A DNA stretch of 64,000 nt from Candidatus Latescibacterota bacterium (GTDB lineage Bacteria > Latescibacterota > UBA2968). Position 1 is the stretch's first letter. Every line of letters starts with the position of its first letter. The DNA lies in NCBI GenBank assembly GCA_965208125.1, contig OZ242320.1, positions 2,528,001 to 2,592,000 of the forward strand, in the 5' to 3' direction. The notes below the pieces were generated by a model. It made no database searches. It was given only the letters and a program-made list of their open reading frames with translations, and was not told the origin of the DNA. Positions 29,889 to 40,119 of the stretch are shown here, piece by piece. The position numbers and the translations under genes are program-made.

Positions 29889-29921
29889 GCCGGGTATCGT
29901 CCATTCATTGTGATACCCGGC
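29889..29921. other. Intergenic stem-loop (possible mRNA stabiliser) between TBDR and CTD protein genes
   Basis: gccgggtatc / gatacccggc 10-bp inverted repeat, no U-tract on the minus strand. Confidence 0.4.
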
Positions 29922-29929
29922 TATTTGTG

Positions 29930-32900
29930 CTAATACTCAATCGATAACGAGAAGAACAGTTCTCTCGGCTGCAAGTCCGGCCTGTAGATCAACCACTGGT
30001 CGGGTTCGACGTGTTCTGCCGGAGATCCATCCGCCTGCAGGTACGAGGCTTTTACCACGGGCAATTGTCCGTCATTCTCCATGTAATTGAACAGGTCCTG
30101 TCCGCCGAGTAGCCGCAATTGCTTGCTGTTGAACAAATTGTGTATATCTACGGCAAATTCGCCTCTCATGCCTCCCAACAGTCCGAATCGCTTTGAGAGA
30201 CGCGCATTTGTGCGGTGATAGGGTCTCCACGACTGGTTCAGCGGCTCGGTGCTGGTGTCTCCTGGAGAATGGTAAGTGAACCGCTCTGGCGAAGCGTAAG
30301 TGTAGTGCAAATTCAGGTACCAGTTGCTCAGGGGGTTGAAATTGCCCATCACGGGACCGAAGTTGTTGGGCGTGCTGAGCAATGCATTGATTTTGAATGT
30401 GTTGTGCGGGTTCCACAATTCGAGATTGTTTTCGCCAGAGCCGTGATAGCGATTCTGTCCGAGTTGCTTGATCGAACCATCGGGTTGTGGAATGGGAATG
30501 TAGAGGCTTGTGGGGCCATAAGCACCTGTGCTGGAATAGGACAGGTCGTACTTGAGCTGGAACTGTGCATTGGGCCAGCGTTTGGTGCTCAATTCCAATT
30601 CCAGGCCTCGCGCATCAAGGCGTCCACCTTGAATAGACCACGCGCCGCGGTTTGTGAAGTTAGCTTGAGGCGTCTGTTTTTGCGGGTTGACAGGATCCAT
30701 AAACAGGTTCACTTGAAGCCCCTGATTCGCGCCGTAAGCATTTTCTCGTCCCATCTGGTAGCCGCGCTTTGTCAGATCTTTGGCGTCCTTGTAATACATG
30801 GTCACATCCAGGCCGAGTGCGCCGGCAATATCCTGGTCAAAGCCCACTTCGTATTGAATCATTTTCTCGTATCCAATCTCCGGATTGCCCCCTTTGCCCC
30901 ACCAGTGGAGATAATTGTAGTCTTCCTCTGGATTGTGGTCATAAGTTGGGGGAAGCAGGTGCCCGGTGACAGGTGCGCCGCGGTTCCAGATCGTTTTGTT
31001 GCCAGCGATTTGTGTCCAGCCCGGGCGCTGGTTGAAATGCCCGTACATAAAGTGCAACACGGTGCTGGCTGTAATCGGATGTGCGATGCCCACGCGGGGT
31101 GACAGCGCGACCTGAAGCGGTGTCTTGACCGCATGGGGACCGTCCGGGTCAAAGGACAGAAGTCCGCCCGCGATATTGCCATCTGTGTCCCTCGCCAATG
31201 CGTAGGGATCCCACATGGTGTAATTCACCATCTTGTTGGCATTGAACATGTCCAGGCGCAAGCCCAGATTTACGATCATGCCCTCGGCTTCGATCTGGTC
31301 CTGTAAGTACGCGCTGAAATCCCACGGATAATAGTCTCGATGCGGCACTTTGTTAAATGGCGTGGAAGGAGGACCGAAGTTACCTGCATGCCATTCGTCT
31401 ATGTACTGAGGCTCGTAAGAAAAGCCCGCTTTGAACAAATTGTGTTCATTGACCTGGCTGGAGAAATCCAGCTTGACGGTGGTTTTCCAGTTGAAGGAAT
31501 GAAGCCTGGCTTGATCTACCGGCTGTTGCCTGCGGCTGATCACCGTGCTTATTGGGCTGGTGGGGAACCACTCGGGTGCTAATGGTGCGGTAGTTCGGTT
31601 TTCCCAGTCTTCAAAGGTATAGTGATAGAGACCTTCGTAGTGCATATCATACCGAACCTGATGGTACTGAACGCGGAATTCCAGGAATGTCCTGGGGCTG
31701 AAAATGTGCGTCAGTCTGGACATCGCCGTGTTGGTGCGAATGTACTGCGGAGGACGCGGAAATCTATTGTTTCCATGCAATACATTGGCAGAATTTGCAG
31801 ACCACTTCTGTTGATCGTAGGGCGTTTTGATTTCCCCTGTTTTGTGGTTGCCCGTCGCGTGTCCAATGTCGTCTGATGAGAGGTACGACATTTTTGGATA
31901 TCCGCTATTATCCGTTCCCTGATGCGTATAGGACAATGTGAGTCTGGTTTTGTCTGCTATTTGGTAATTGAGCTTGGAAATGAAGTTCCATTCGGGGCTG
32001 TAATTCAAGATGGATGGCCACCGGGTCACACCGCGCAGATACTTGCCGCTCAATAGCAAATCTATATTTGAACTGATGGGACCAAAAAGAGAACCCTCCC
32101 CTTCCCACTGATCCAGATCCGCGTAATTGCTCATAGTTTCCGGTGGCGTGGTGAATTCCTGGTATTTCTGCCAGTTGAACTCAGCGTCAGGCGTGATGCC
32201 CTGTTCCTGCCAGTAATTATTCCACGAGGCACCCATGTCGTTGTTTTCGAAGTATTCTCTGGTGATCAATGTGTGTTCGATATTTTCTTCGCTGTAAATA
32301 TTGCGTCCCCAGTGATACTTGCCGCGTGGGCGCATGCGTGTTTTTGCATTCCAGTGCCAGCGGTCTCGCGCTGATCGTGTTACGATATTGATGATCGCAT
32401 CGTTGGCCTGGCCGTATTCCGCGTTGTATCCACCCGAGAGCACTTCCATTTCCTGGATGGCTGAGGTATTGGTCACGACAAAACTGGATTGGGTGAAATT
32501 ATCCCGCATGTCAACGCCATCAACCATATAGGCTGCATTGACGCCAAAGCCTCCGCGTATGGATCCCCGGATGCCCACTCCCGATTGGATTTCTACGGCT
32601 TCTTCGACCGAGTTGACCCAGCTCAATTCCAATTCCTCAGTGGTCATAGTCTGCTTGCTCCCCGTGAGATCGAGTTCTACGGGGGGGCGTTCGGCCATGA
32701 CCAGTATCTCAGCTGCTTCAAGGGTTTCTTCACTCAATGTAAAATTGAGCTTTGTGGTCTGGTCAATTTTTACACGGACGTCGGTCTGTGTGACCTTTGT
32801 ATATCCCACCATTGACGCCTGTACTTCCAGCAGGCCAGGGGGGACATTGAGGATAAAATAATTGCCATCGGCGTCTGTTGTTGCGCCCAGACGAGTGCCA

Positions 32901-33040
32901 AGCACGACGACGTTTGCGCCGGGCAATACTTCTCCCGATTTGGCGTCTTTTATTACGCCGGCAACCTTCCCCGTGGTACCTGCAAAGGCTTGAGATACCA
33001 GGCAAAGGGAAATGATAAACAGCAAACACATTCGCTTCAT
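29930..33040 (-). CDS. TonB-dependent receptor with N-terminal carboxypeptidase-regulatory-like domain
   Basis: Signal peptide, GKVAGVIKDAKSGEVLPGANV, plug IRGG...GGYNAEYG, SPRVG, C-terminal PRELFFSLSIEY. Confidence 0.92.
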   Translation of the reverse strand: MKRMCLLFIISLCLVSQAFAGTTGKVAGVIKDAKSGEVLPGANVVVLGTRLGATTDADGNYFILNVPPGLLEVQASMVGYTKVTQTDVRVKIDQTTKLNFTLSEETLEAAEILVMAERPPVELDLTGSKQTMTTEELELSWVNSVEEAVEIQSGVGIRGSIRGGFGVNAAYMVDGVDMRDNFTQSSFVVTNTSAIQEMEVLSGGYNAEYGQANDAIINIVTRSARDRWHWNAKTRMRPRGKYHWGRNIYSEENIEHTLITREYFENNDMGASWNNYWQEQGITPDAEFNWQKYQEFTTPPETMSNYADLDQWEGEGSLFGPISSNIDLLLSGKYLRGVTRWPSILNYSPEWNFISKLNYQIADKTRLTLSYTHQGTDNSGYPKMSYLSSDDIGHATGNHKTGEIKTPYDQQKWSANSANVLHGNNRFPRPPQYIRTNTAMSRLTHIFSPRTFLEFRVQYHQVRYDMHYEGLYHYTFEDWENRTTAPLAPEWFPTSPISTVISRRQQPVDQARLHSFNWKTTVKLDFSSQVNEHNLFKAGFSYEPQYIDEWHAGNFGPPSTPFNKVPHRDYYPWDFSAYLQDQIEAEGMIVNLGLRLDMFNANKMVNYTMWDPYALARDTDGNIAGGLLSFDPDGPHAVKTPLQVALSPRVGIAHPITASTVLHFMYGHFNQRPGWTQIAGNKTIWNRGAPVTGHLLPPTYDHNPEEDYNYLHWWGKGGNPEIGYEKMIQYEVGFDQDIAGALGLDVTMYYKDAKDLTKRGYQMGRENAYGANQGLQVNLFMDPVNPQKQTPQANFTNRGAWSIQGGRLDARGLELELSTKRWPNAQFQLKYDLSYSSTGAYGPTSLYIPIPQPDGSIKQLGQNRYHGSGENNLELWNPHNTFKINALLSTPNNFGPVMGNFNPLSNWYLNLHYTYASPERFTYHSPGDTSTEPLNQSWRPYHRTNARLSKRFGLLGGMRGEFAVDIHNLFNSKQLRLLGGQDLFNYMENDGQLPVVKASYLQADGSPAEHVEPDQWLIYRPDLQPRELFFSLSIEY

Positions 33041-33144
33041 GTGTCAACTCCTTTGTTTGTGGTTTTGACGAGGATAGATTCCCCGCCTGACGACTTGGTT
33101 TTCTTCAAAATCTATCAACTCTCATTCCCTGAAGGCCTCCTTTC

Positions 33145-33948
33145 TCAGTGTAAATTATCCGTTCTCAATATCCAGTCCAACGGGGTCCAGTCCGTTTGGG
33201 GTGGTCCCGTTTTTGGAACGTATTGATATTCGGGGTCTGCCCTCAGCCATCCGTGAAACCCAACGCGGACATGGTCGCCCCGGTTGGCGGAAGCGGCGTG
33301 TACCATCAGATAATGGCATATCGCCACGTCGCCCGCCCGTGCGACGATGGGGATTGGATCGTTGAGCGGGATGTCCGGCGCGCCTGTGCTGCCGGTTGTG
33401 CGCCATTTTTCTCCGAGGTCGATGTTGTTGGTATAAGCCCACGAAAATACCTGTCGTGGACTGCCCGGCCATACGGTGAATGCGCCGTCGTGTGCATCCG
33501 TGTCTGTAAGATAGGCCATGACGAGGAGGAGAAAGTGGGTGGGATATACGGTGAGGCCATTGCCCTGGCGCGTGCCGTCGATATGCGCGCCGCCCGGTTC
33601 AAATTGTTTGGGTCCCGGCTGCGGAAATCGCAATATGGGGCTTAATCCCGGCTCACTGGTGACAGCCGGTCCGGCGAGTTCACGCACGATAGCTTTCAGT
33701 TTGGGCGAGATACACATGGTCCGATCAATCGCAATGCCTTCCTGAGTTACATGCATGCCATTTTTGTCTTTGGGCCATGTTTTTGACTCATCTGGTACAA
33801 TGCCGGTTTTGTTTTTTAGTTCTTTTAGTCCCGTGCGCACGCGGTCCGGATCGACGAGACCCGGGACGATGACAAATCCGTCATTCACAAATTGCGCGAC
33901 CTGCGCCTGTGTGAGGTGCGCTGTGCCTTCTGGCTGGGAAATAGACAT
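33145..33948 (-). CDS. PhyH-family Fe(II)/2OG dioxygenase
   Basis: LTQAQVAQFVNDGF, HIDG, WPGS, AGDV...HAASAN; start at MSISQPEG. Confidence 0.8.
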   Translation of the reverse strand: MSISQPEGTAHLTQAQVAQFVNDGFVIVPGLVDPDRVRTGLKELKNKTGIVPDESKTWPKDKNGMHVTQEGIAIDRTMCISPKLKAIVRELAGPAVTSEPGLSPILRFPQPGPKQFEPGGAHIDGTRQGNGLTVYPTHFLLLVMAYLTDTDAHDGAFTVWPGSPRQVFSWAYTNNIDLGEKWRTTGSTGAPDIPLNDPIPIVARAGDVAICHYLMVHAASANRGDHVRVGFHGWLRADPEYQYVPKTGPPQTDWTPLDWILRTDNLH

Positions 33949-33977
33949 GGAAATATCCCGAGGTTTTGAGGTTGGTA

Positions 33978-34697
33978 TTACAATCCCGCGGGCAAGAGAA
34001 TGAGTTCGGGTATCCGCGCACGCGAGGGCGTGGTCGCCACGTACAGGCATGCATCGGCTACGTCTTCTGGCTTTAGTGCTTTGGCCATGATTTCTGGGGG
34101 TGTGGGTACGGGGCGCTTTAAGACGATGGGCGTGTCGCACAATCCGGGGAAGATTACTGTGGTGCGAATGCCGTTTTCCTGTTCTTCCTGGAATGTCCCG
34201 TGCGCCAGGCCAGACATGCCGTGTTTGGATGCTTGATAAGATACGCCGGAGACATCGGGCGATTGTACGCATCCGGAAGATAGATAGATGATCAGGCCCG
34301 ATTGCTGTTTTCGCATGGTGGGCAATACCGCTTTTGTGCAGTTGAATGCGCCGGTCAGATTTGTGCCGATCATCATTTCCCACGTTTCATAGGTCAATAC
34401 TTCGAGGCTGCGGTCCGGGATGTTCGTTCCCGTGGCGTACACGAGGATATCGATTTGCCCGAATTTGTCCAGTGTTGTCTGGATTAAGTGGTTTACCTGT
34501 TCGATATCCCGCGCGTCTGTGGGACAGGCGATTGCGCGGTTTCCTATTTCTGCTGCAAGATTGTCTAATTTGTCTTTGCTTCGCGCTGCCAGTACCACGC
34601 TGGCGCCTGCCTGAGCATAAGATCGCGCGGTCGCTTTTCCCATTCCCGAACTGCTTCCTACAATTATAGCGACTTTGTTCTCCAGCGCGTGATGCAT
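33978..34697 (-). CDS. SDR family oxidoreductase
   Basis: GSSSGMG, YQASK. Confidence 0.9.
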   Translation of the reverse strand: MHHALENKVAIIVGSSSGMGKATARSYAQAGASVVLAARSKDKLDNLAAEIGNRAIACPTDARDIEQVNHLIQTTLDKFGQIDILVYATGTNIPDRSLEVLTYETWEMMIGTNLTGAFNCTKAVLPTMRKQQSGLIIYLSSGCVQSPDVSGVSYQASKHGMSGLAHGTFQEEQENGIRTTVIFPGLCDTPIVLKRPVPTPPEIMAKALKPEDVADACLYVATTPSRARIPELILLPAGL

Positions 34698-34866
34698 GGG
34701 CTTCTCCTTCGGATTGGACTCATTCAGATACAGTTATATAAAGTAATAAGGTTTATAAATGCGCGCAAGTGTGAGTGAAGTGGCAGTTGCATGCACATGC
34801 CCAGAACCGTATCTTTTACCGATAGTGGGAGATTATATAGATACTGAAAAACCGAAAGGATAAGAA

Positions 34867-36219
34867 ATGAGCGATTTGTTGATCGAAAAATATATGGCAA
34901 AAACGCCAAGGTCACGCGCTTTGTACCAGCGGGCGCGCGAGACTTTTCCCAGTGGGGTGACGCACGATACGCGCTATTTGATGCCCTATCCGCTTTCTGT
35001 TGCTCGGGCACAGGGTGGGCGCAAGTGGGATGTGGATGGGTGTGAATATGTCGATTATTTTGGGGGGCACGGTGCGCTAATTTTGGGGCATAATCATCCA
35101 GAGGTGACCGAGGCTGTGCGGGAGCAGTTGAGCAGGGGGACGCATTACGGCGCGTCGCACGAGCTGGAGTTGGAATGGGCAGAGCAGATTATTCGGATGG
35201 TGCCGTGTGCGGATAAGGTGCGTTTTACGTCGTCGGGGACAGAGGCGAGTCTTTTGGGGTTGCGCGTTGCGCGCGCTTTTCAGAATAAGCCTAAGATTCT
35301 GCGTTTTACGACGAATTTTCACGGGTGGCACGATCAGGTGGCTTTTGGTGCTTCGACGAGTTTTGACGGTACGCCTCCGAGCGGTATTACGGAGGATCAT
35401 ATCGAGAATGCCGTGTTGTGCGAGCCGAATAATATCGATCAGGTTACACAGGCACTTGAGAGTCGAGATGATATTGCCGCGGTTATTCTGGAGCCGACGG
35501 GTGCGAGTTTTGGGCGGGTTCCCACGCAGGGCGAGTTTTTGCGCCAGCTTCGCGCTGTGACCCGAGAACACGGAGTGTTGCTCATTTTTGACGAGGTGAT
35601 TACGGGTTTTCGCGTGGCGCCCGGCGGTGCTCAGGAATATTACGGTGTGACGCCGGATCTGGCACTTTTTGCGAAAATTGTTGCGGGTGGTTTTCCCGGT
35701 GGCGCGATTGCGGGGCGTGCGGATTTGCTCGATGTGATGACGTATCGCGACGATGCTTCGTGGAATGCCAGATACCGGGTGGCACACCAGGGTACGTTTA
35801 ATTCGAATCCGGTTTCAGCGCGGGCGGGGTTGACGACGCTTAAAATTGTTGCGGAAGATGAGATTACCGACCGGGCCAATCAAAATGGCGAGGTGTTGAG
35901 AAACGCGCTCAATGATGTTATTCAGAGACGCGGGGTGAACTGGCTTGTGTATGGCGAGTTTTCGGGGTTTCAATTTTTGCCGTTGTCCGAGGATCAGACG
36001 TACACCTGTTCGGATATTTACGATGGTACAGTGCCTCATTCGGTTCTGAAGGGCGGGATTTCGATGAAGCAGATTCACTATCTTCGCTGCGGTTTGATTG
36101 CAGAGGGGGTCGATGTGATGCCCTGGCCCGGTGGTGTGATTTCTGCTGTTCACAGCGATGCGGATATCGATCAGACGGCTCAGGCGTTTGATCGGGTGCT
36201 TAAGGCGTTTAAGGGCTGA
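34867..36219 (+). CDS. Class III aminotransferase, glutamate-1-semialdehyde aminomutase-like
   Basis: SGTEA, FHGWHD, LIFDEVITGFR, FAKIVAGG, HQGTFNSNP. Confidence 0.9.
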   Translation: MSDLLIEKYMAKTPRSRALYQRARETFPSGVTHDTRYLMPYPLSVARAQGGRKWDVDGCEYVDYFGGHGALILGHNHPEVTEAVREQLSRGTHYGASHELELEWAEQIIRMVPCADKVRFTSSGTEASLLGLRVARAFQNKPKILRFTTNFHGWHDQVAFGASTSFDGTPPSGITEDHIENAVLCEPNNIDQVTQALESRDDIAAVILEPTGASFGRVPTQGEFLRQLRAVTREHGVLLIFDEVITGFRVAPGGAQEYYGVTPDLALFAKIVAGGFPGGAIAGRADLLDVMTYRDDASWNARYRVAHQGTFNSNPVSARAGLTTLKIVAEDEITDRANQNGEVLRNALNDVIQRRGVNWLVYGEFSGFQFLPLSEDQTYTCSDIYDGTVPHSVLKGGISMKQIHYLRCGLIAEGVDVMPWPGGVISAVHSDADIDQTAQAFDRVLKAFKG

Positions 36220-36221
36220 TT

Positions 36222-36788
36222 TTATGCCTTAATGCGTACATTCCGAAAGTCAATGGGACTGCGGTGGTTTTGAAGGCCGATGTATCCGGTTTTTAAGCGG
36301 TCTTTGAGGTCCGGGTGTTTGCCTGTGTCACAGGATATGACTTCGCGCCCATTGATGATGACGTTTACCATTGTTCCCTGGCAGGATACTTCCATGGAGT
36401 TCCACTCTCCCGCCGGGTGAGACGGATCAACTGAGGGGGCGACCGCGTCGTAGATGGCACCGTTTGATTTATTGTTGAGCGGGTCGTGCGGTACGTCGTA
36501 AATTTGTATTTCCATTCCCTGATAGGCGGGGCGTCCTTCTTCGCTTGTCCGCAGGAATATTCCGCTGTTTCCTCCCGCGCTGTTTCGATAGTCCAGGCGC
36601 AGTACAAAATCTGTGTACATGGCTTTGGGGCGAATCCATCCTCTGCCTTCGCCATTGCATACCATCAATCCGTTCTGGACTTCCCAACCTTCTTCCGGTC
36701 CGATAATTTTCCAGTCGTTCAGGTCTTTGCCGTTGAATAAGGGCGCGAATCCTTCGGCTTGTTCTTCTGGGGATAAGTGTGTTGCCAT
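36222..36788 (-). CDS. DUF1080 (3-keto-disaccharide hydrolase-like) protein
   Basis: LFNGKDL..W, GNSGIFLR, EIQI, GEWN, GYIGLQNH, FRNVRIK. Confidence 0.9.
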   Translation of the reverse strand: MATHLSPEEQAEGFAPLFNGKDLNDWKIIGPEEGWEVQNGLMVCNGEGRGWIRPKAMYTDFVLRLDYRNSAGGNSGIFLRTSEEGRPAYQGMEIQIYDVPHDPLNNKSNGAIYDAVAPSVDPSHPAGEWNSMEVSCQGTMVNVIINGREVISCDTGKHPDLKDRLKTGYIGLQNHRSPIDFRNVRIKA

Positions 36789-36869
36789 TGGAGTTCCTCC
36801 GTAAATAATGATTGGTTCGTAACCTTTGGTGCGGGTTATCCATATAGTAAGGGCCTATATAGAGTTATA

Positions 36870-36932
36870 ATCGTCATTGCGGCATGCTTAAAGCCGCCAC
36901 GCGCAAGCACAACGTCAGTAATCCACACGCCT
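36870..36932. repeat. CGTC-type REP-like element, copy 1
   Basis: atcgtcattgcggcatg-N5-agccgccacgcgcaagcacaacgtcagtaatcca; second copy at 47457. Confidence 0.75.
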
Positions 36933-38120
36933 CTACTCTGAATCAGTTTCTCGCCATTTGATGAGTGCGTGGGCAACGGTTTCTACCATTTCTTTTATGT
37001 CGGCGTTGTGCGCATCAATGCTGTCGGGGATGGCTTGTAAAAAGGTGCGGATTGTGCCGGCTTGTTCGCAGATGTATTTGTCGCCATAGACGTTGTGTTC
37101 GGGTTGTCGGGGGTCGATGAGTACTTTTCGATTTTTTAATGGTTCAATGTGGTAGTTTTCGAAGATGGCTTGTTCGAGGATTTCCGCTTTTGCCCGAAGC
37201 CGGTGCGGCATAGATGCTTTGTCGTGCATGCCAATGCTTCGTGTAAAATCCGATCGCGTAAAGTGGGCGTGGACTTCTATGGATGCATCTGGTTTTTTTT
37301 CGAGGAGATACTGCCACAGTGCCGCGGTTTCTCTGGGCGCGCTTTTGCCTTCTACGAGGTGGTTGATTCCGAATTTTGGGACTTCGCCCAGGGCATTGGT
37401 TACGCTGCGTCCTTCGCAAACGCCGTCGGGATTTGTGATGGGCATGAGGCAGAATTGTACGTGGTCTAATAATCGCTGTGTGCGTGCGGTTGGGATGGTC
37501 AAGCTGTGGGCTATGTGCAAGATGCCCCAGGATACGGGTTCGCACGATTGCATTGTGGCATCGACGAGTAGTGTCAGGTCGCGCGGTTCGGTTTCCAATA
37601 CGCAAATCGGTCGTCCCTGGGCAGAGTGGCCGATTTCCCGGTAGGTCCAGATGTCGTATTGTTGGGATAGTTGCCGCGCTTTTTCGCAGACGACGGATGG
37701 GTCTTCATAAGGGGCAGATGCGATGCGGATGGTTTCTTGGGGTTGCAGGAGAACGGATATGTCGATGTGTTCTGTTGGGTGAAAGTCCGTGTTTTCAGAT
37801 GGTACCCACGCCCATCCCGTGTTTTCTCGCCAGATCCACCAGGGTGGATACATGTAGTTCGCGCCTTTTTTGCTGAGTAGGAATCGCAATGTTGCCCGTT
37901 TTGCGCGGTTGCCGAGGTGACGCACGCGCACATGGGCCATGTATTCTTTGGGTACGCCTGCACCGTCGAATAGTTCGTCCAACAGGTCCTGGAACCATTG
38001 CGGGATTTCTTCTGGTTTGTATCCGATTTCGCTTATGCCGGATTCTATTATTCGCATTTTTCCGGCACTGCTGCACGGAAAGTTGTCGTCGATGATGATG
38101 TCGTTGTTTTGGAGTTTCAC
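36933..38120 (-). CDS. M14 zinc carboxypeptidase-like protein (divergent)
   Basis: IGHSAQGRPI, MPITNPDG, IEVHAH. Confidence 0.7.
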   Translation of the reverse strand: MKLQNNDIIIDDNFPCSSAGKMRIIESGISEIGYKPEEIPQWFQDLLDELFDGAGVPKEYMAHVRVRHLGNRAKRATLRFLLSKKGANYMYPPWWIWRENTGWAWVPSENTDFHPTEHIDISVLLQPQETIRIASAPYEDPSVVCEKARQLSQQYDIWTYREIGHSAQGRPICVLETEPRDLTLLVDATMQSCEPVSWGILHIAHSLTIPTARTQRLLDHVQFCLMPITNPDGVCEGRSVTNALGEVPKFGINHLVEGKSAPRETAALWQYLLEKKPDASIEVHAHFTRSDFTRSIGMHDKASMPHRLRAKAEILEQAIFENYHIEPLKNRKVLIDPRQPEHNVYGDKYICEQAGTIRTFLQAIPDSIDAHNADIKEMVETVAHALIKWRETDSE

Positions 38121-39107
38121 TCAACATACCATCCCGCGTTTGGCGCGAATCCCATGGGCGGGCGGGTCGTCGCCAATCCAGCGTTCGTCAACGGGGTCCG
38201 ATGCGAGTTGATATCGCGTGTCGGATGATATGCGGTACTCTTTGGAGTGGTTGTCGGAGCTTGAGTGGAGTGTGTACATCGAAAATATCAGCAGGTCTCC
38301 CATTTCGTATTCCGATACCAGCCAGCGTCCGCCCAGTTCTTTGCGGGTGGGTATGGCATTAGAGGAATACGATCCGCTCGAGTTCCACTTTATAGAAGCC
38401 CGCTCTTGATTGGTCAAGTTCCGCCCTTCGGCGCGTGCGCGTTCTACTATTTCCTGGGCATCGTCTTTGTTTTCGCAGTATAGATCGACGTCTGTTGATC
38501 CATAGCCCGCTTTTAGGTCGTGCAGTTTGTGTGAGTTTTCGAGCAGCATCAATCCGCCCATGTAGGAGGGTACATCGCCATAGGGTATCCAGGCGGTGTA
38601 GAGGTTTTTTGTTCCGCGGCCCATATAGACGATGTCGCAGTGTGGATTGGTGGCGGTGTGCAGTCCGGGCTGTTTGGCTCGAAACCAGGTGTAGTCAAAG
38701 TAGCGCGCGGGTCCGTCTAAAAAGAAGTCAAAAAACGACATGATCGGGCCTTCGTGGATTACTTTGTCCAGGGGGGGATTGTTGCGCGCGAGCAGGGGCA
38801 TGAACGATCCCGTTGCGCGTCCGTCAATTTTCTTTTTTGAGGCTGCAATGCCGTCGATTGCCGGATAGCGTTCGTCTAATACACCCGCGCCCATGAGCCG
38901 ATCCATGACTTCCTGGCGAGCGGCTAATACTTCGTCTTTGTTCAGGTAATTTTTGAGAAATAAGTAGCCATTCTCTGTCATTCGGCGGTGGAGTTCGTCG
39001 CGATCATCTATCGCGTCATTGGATTTGCGTAAGCTGCCAAAGTCGTCCGACGAGTGGCCCAGGGGTTCGCCCTGATACGTGAGTTTTAATGCTTTTTTTA
39101 ATTCCAT
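38121..39107 (-). CDS. PhyH-family Fe(II)/2OG dioxygenase
   Basis: PHCDIVYMGRG, TAWIP, GDLLIF...HSSSDN, SSDTRYQ. Confidence 0.88.
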   Translation of the reverse strand: MELKKALKLTYQGEPLGHSSDDFGSLRKSNDAIDDRDELHRRMTENGYLFLKNYLNKDEVLAARQEVMDRLMGAGVLDERYPAIDGIAASKKKIDGRATGSFMPLLARNNPPLDKVIHEGPIMSFFDFFLDGPARYFDYTWFRAKQPGLHTATNPHCDIVYMGRGTKNLYTAWIPYGDVPSYMGGLMLLENSHKLHDLKAGYGSTDVDLYCENKDDAQEIVERARAEGRNLTNQERASIKWNSSGSYSSNAIPTRKELGGRWLVSEYEMGDLLIFSMYTLHSSSDNHSKEYRISSDTRYQLASDPVDERWIGDDPPAHGIRAKRGMVC

Positions 39108-39289
39108 AAATGCCTCCAGGATGTTTTGTTGTTTGTGTAATATAAGAAAATAATTTCGATAAACAACGCTGTGCGTTGGGGGTGATGGAAAATAGTTTCT
39201 CTTTTTTGGTTGTGATATATTATTTTGTCTCGGGGAGAGGCCGGGGGAGGGATCAGAGTTCGTTTTTAGACAGTTTTTAAGGAGTTTTT

Positions 39290-40036
39290 ATGTTTCTCGC
39301 CAATATGACTTCTCCCGATGTCGATGCTTTGTCGCGGGATCTGGTGGTTATTATTCCCGTGGCGTCGCTCGAACAACACAGTCTGCATTTGCCCGTTTTT
39401 ACCGATACGATGATTCTTCAGGAGGTGGTCAATCGCGTTGAGAAGCGGTTGTCCCGGGATGTGCTTATTCTGCCGGTTATGTGGCTGGGGTATTCGCAGC
39501 ATCATATGAAGTATCCCGGTACGGTTTCTGCGTCGTCCGAGACGCATCTGGCGATTATGGGCGATATGATCGCTTGTATGGTTGAACACGGTTTTACGCG
39601 ATTTCTTTTGATCAATAGCCACGGGGGCAATGAACCCAATATTTCGGTTTTGCGGCAGCGCGTTATGGAGAGGTTTGAAGATGTGGATCTTTACACGACG
39701 ACGCCGTATGCCGGGCCAGCAGATAAAAAGATCAATGAGGTTTTGACTCTGGGTGCAACGGGATCCGGACATGCGGGCGAGTGTGAGACTTCTATGATTA
39801 TGGCGATTGATCCCGGTCTGGTAAAGACACATGCGTTATACAGGGATGGTCAGCGTCGCATGGAGAGTATTCCGGGGTTGCGTCTGTACAAGCGGTTTGA
39901 TCAGAATACCGCGCACGGGGGGGCGGGAGATCCGCGTCCTGCTACGGCAGAGATGGGCGAGCAGATTTTTCAGATTGCCGAAGATTTTCTGGTTGAAGCT
40001 ATACAGGAGATTTATGGGGATGGAAGAGGTCAGTAG
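39290..40036 (+). CDS. Creatininase family amidohydrolase
   Basis: EQHSLHLP..TD, NSHGGN, HAGECETS. Confidence 0.9.
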   Translation: MFLANMTSPDVDALSRDLVVIIPVASLEQHSLHLPVFTDTMILQEVVNRVEKRLSRDVLILPVMWLGYSQHHMKYPGTVSASSETHLAIMGDMIACMVEHGFTRFLLINSHGGNEPNISVLRQRVMERFEDVDLYTTTPYAGPADKKINEVLTLGATGSGHAGECETSMIMAIDPGLVKTHALYRDGQRRMESIPGLRLYKRFDQNTAHGGAGDPRPATAEMGEQIFQIAEDFLVEAIQEIYGDGRGQ

Positions 40037-40061
40037 GGCCGGGTTTCAAACCCGGCCCTAC
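40033..40061. repeat. GTAG-type REP palindrome
   Basis: GTAGGGCCGGGTTT-C-AAACCCGGCCCTAC perfect inverted repeat. Confidence 0.75.
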
Positions 40062-40074
40062 AAAGTCGAAAATA

Positions 40075-40103
40075 AAAAGCCCGCACAGTTCTGTGCGGGC
40101 TTT
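40075..40103. terminator. Bidirectional intrinsic terminator between creatininase gene and ssb
   Basis: aaagcccgcacag-tt-ctgtgcgggcttt. Confidence 0.8.
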
Positions 40104-40119
40104 GTCGTTTGTATTGCGC

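Noticed and set aside
33949-34383. N-terminal extension of the 412-aa ORF
   Set aside because: Lies within the SDR gene in another frame; PhyH similarity begins at 33948.
34867-36219. Assigning hemL
   Set aside because: No tetrapyrrole gene context and divergent motifs; kept as a GSA-aminomutase-like paralog.
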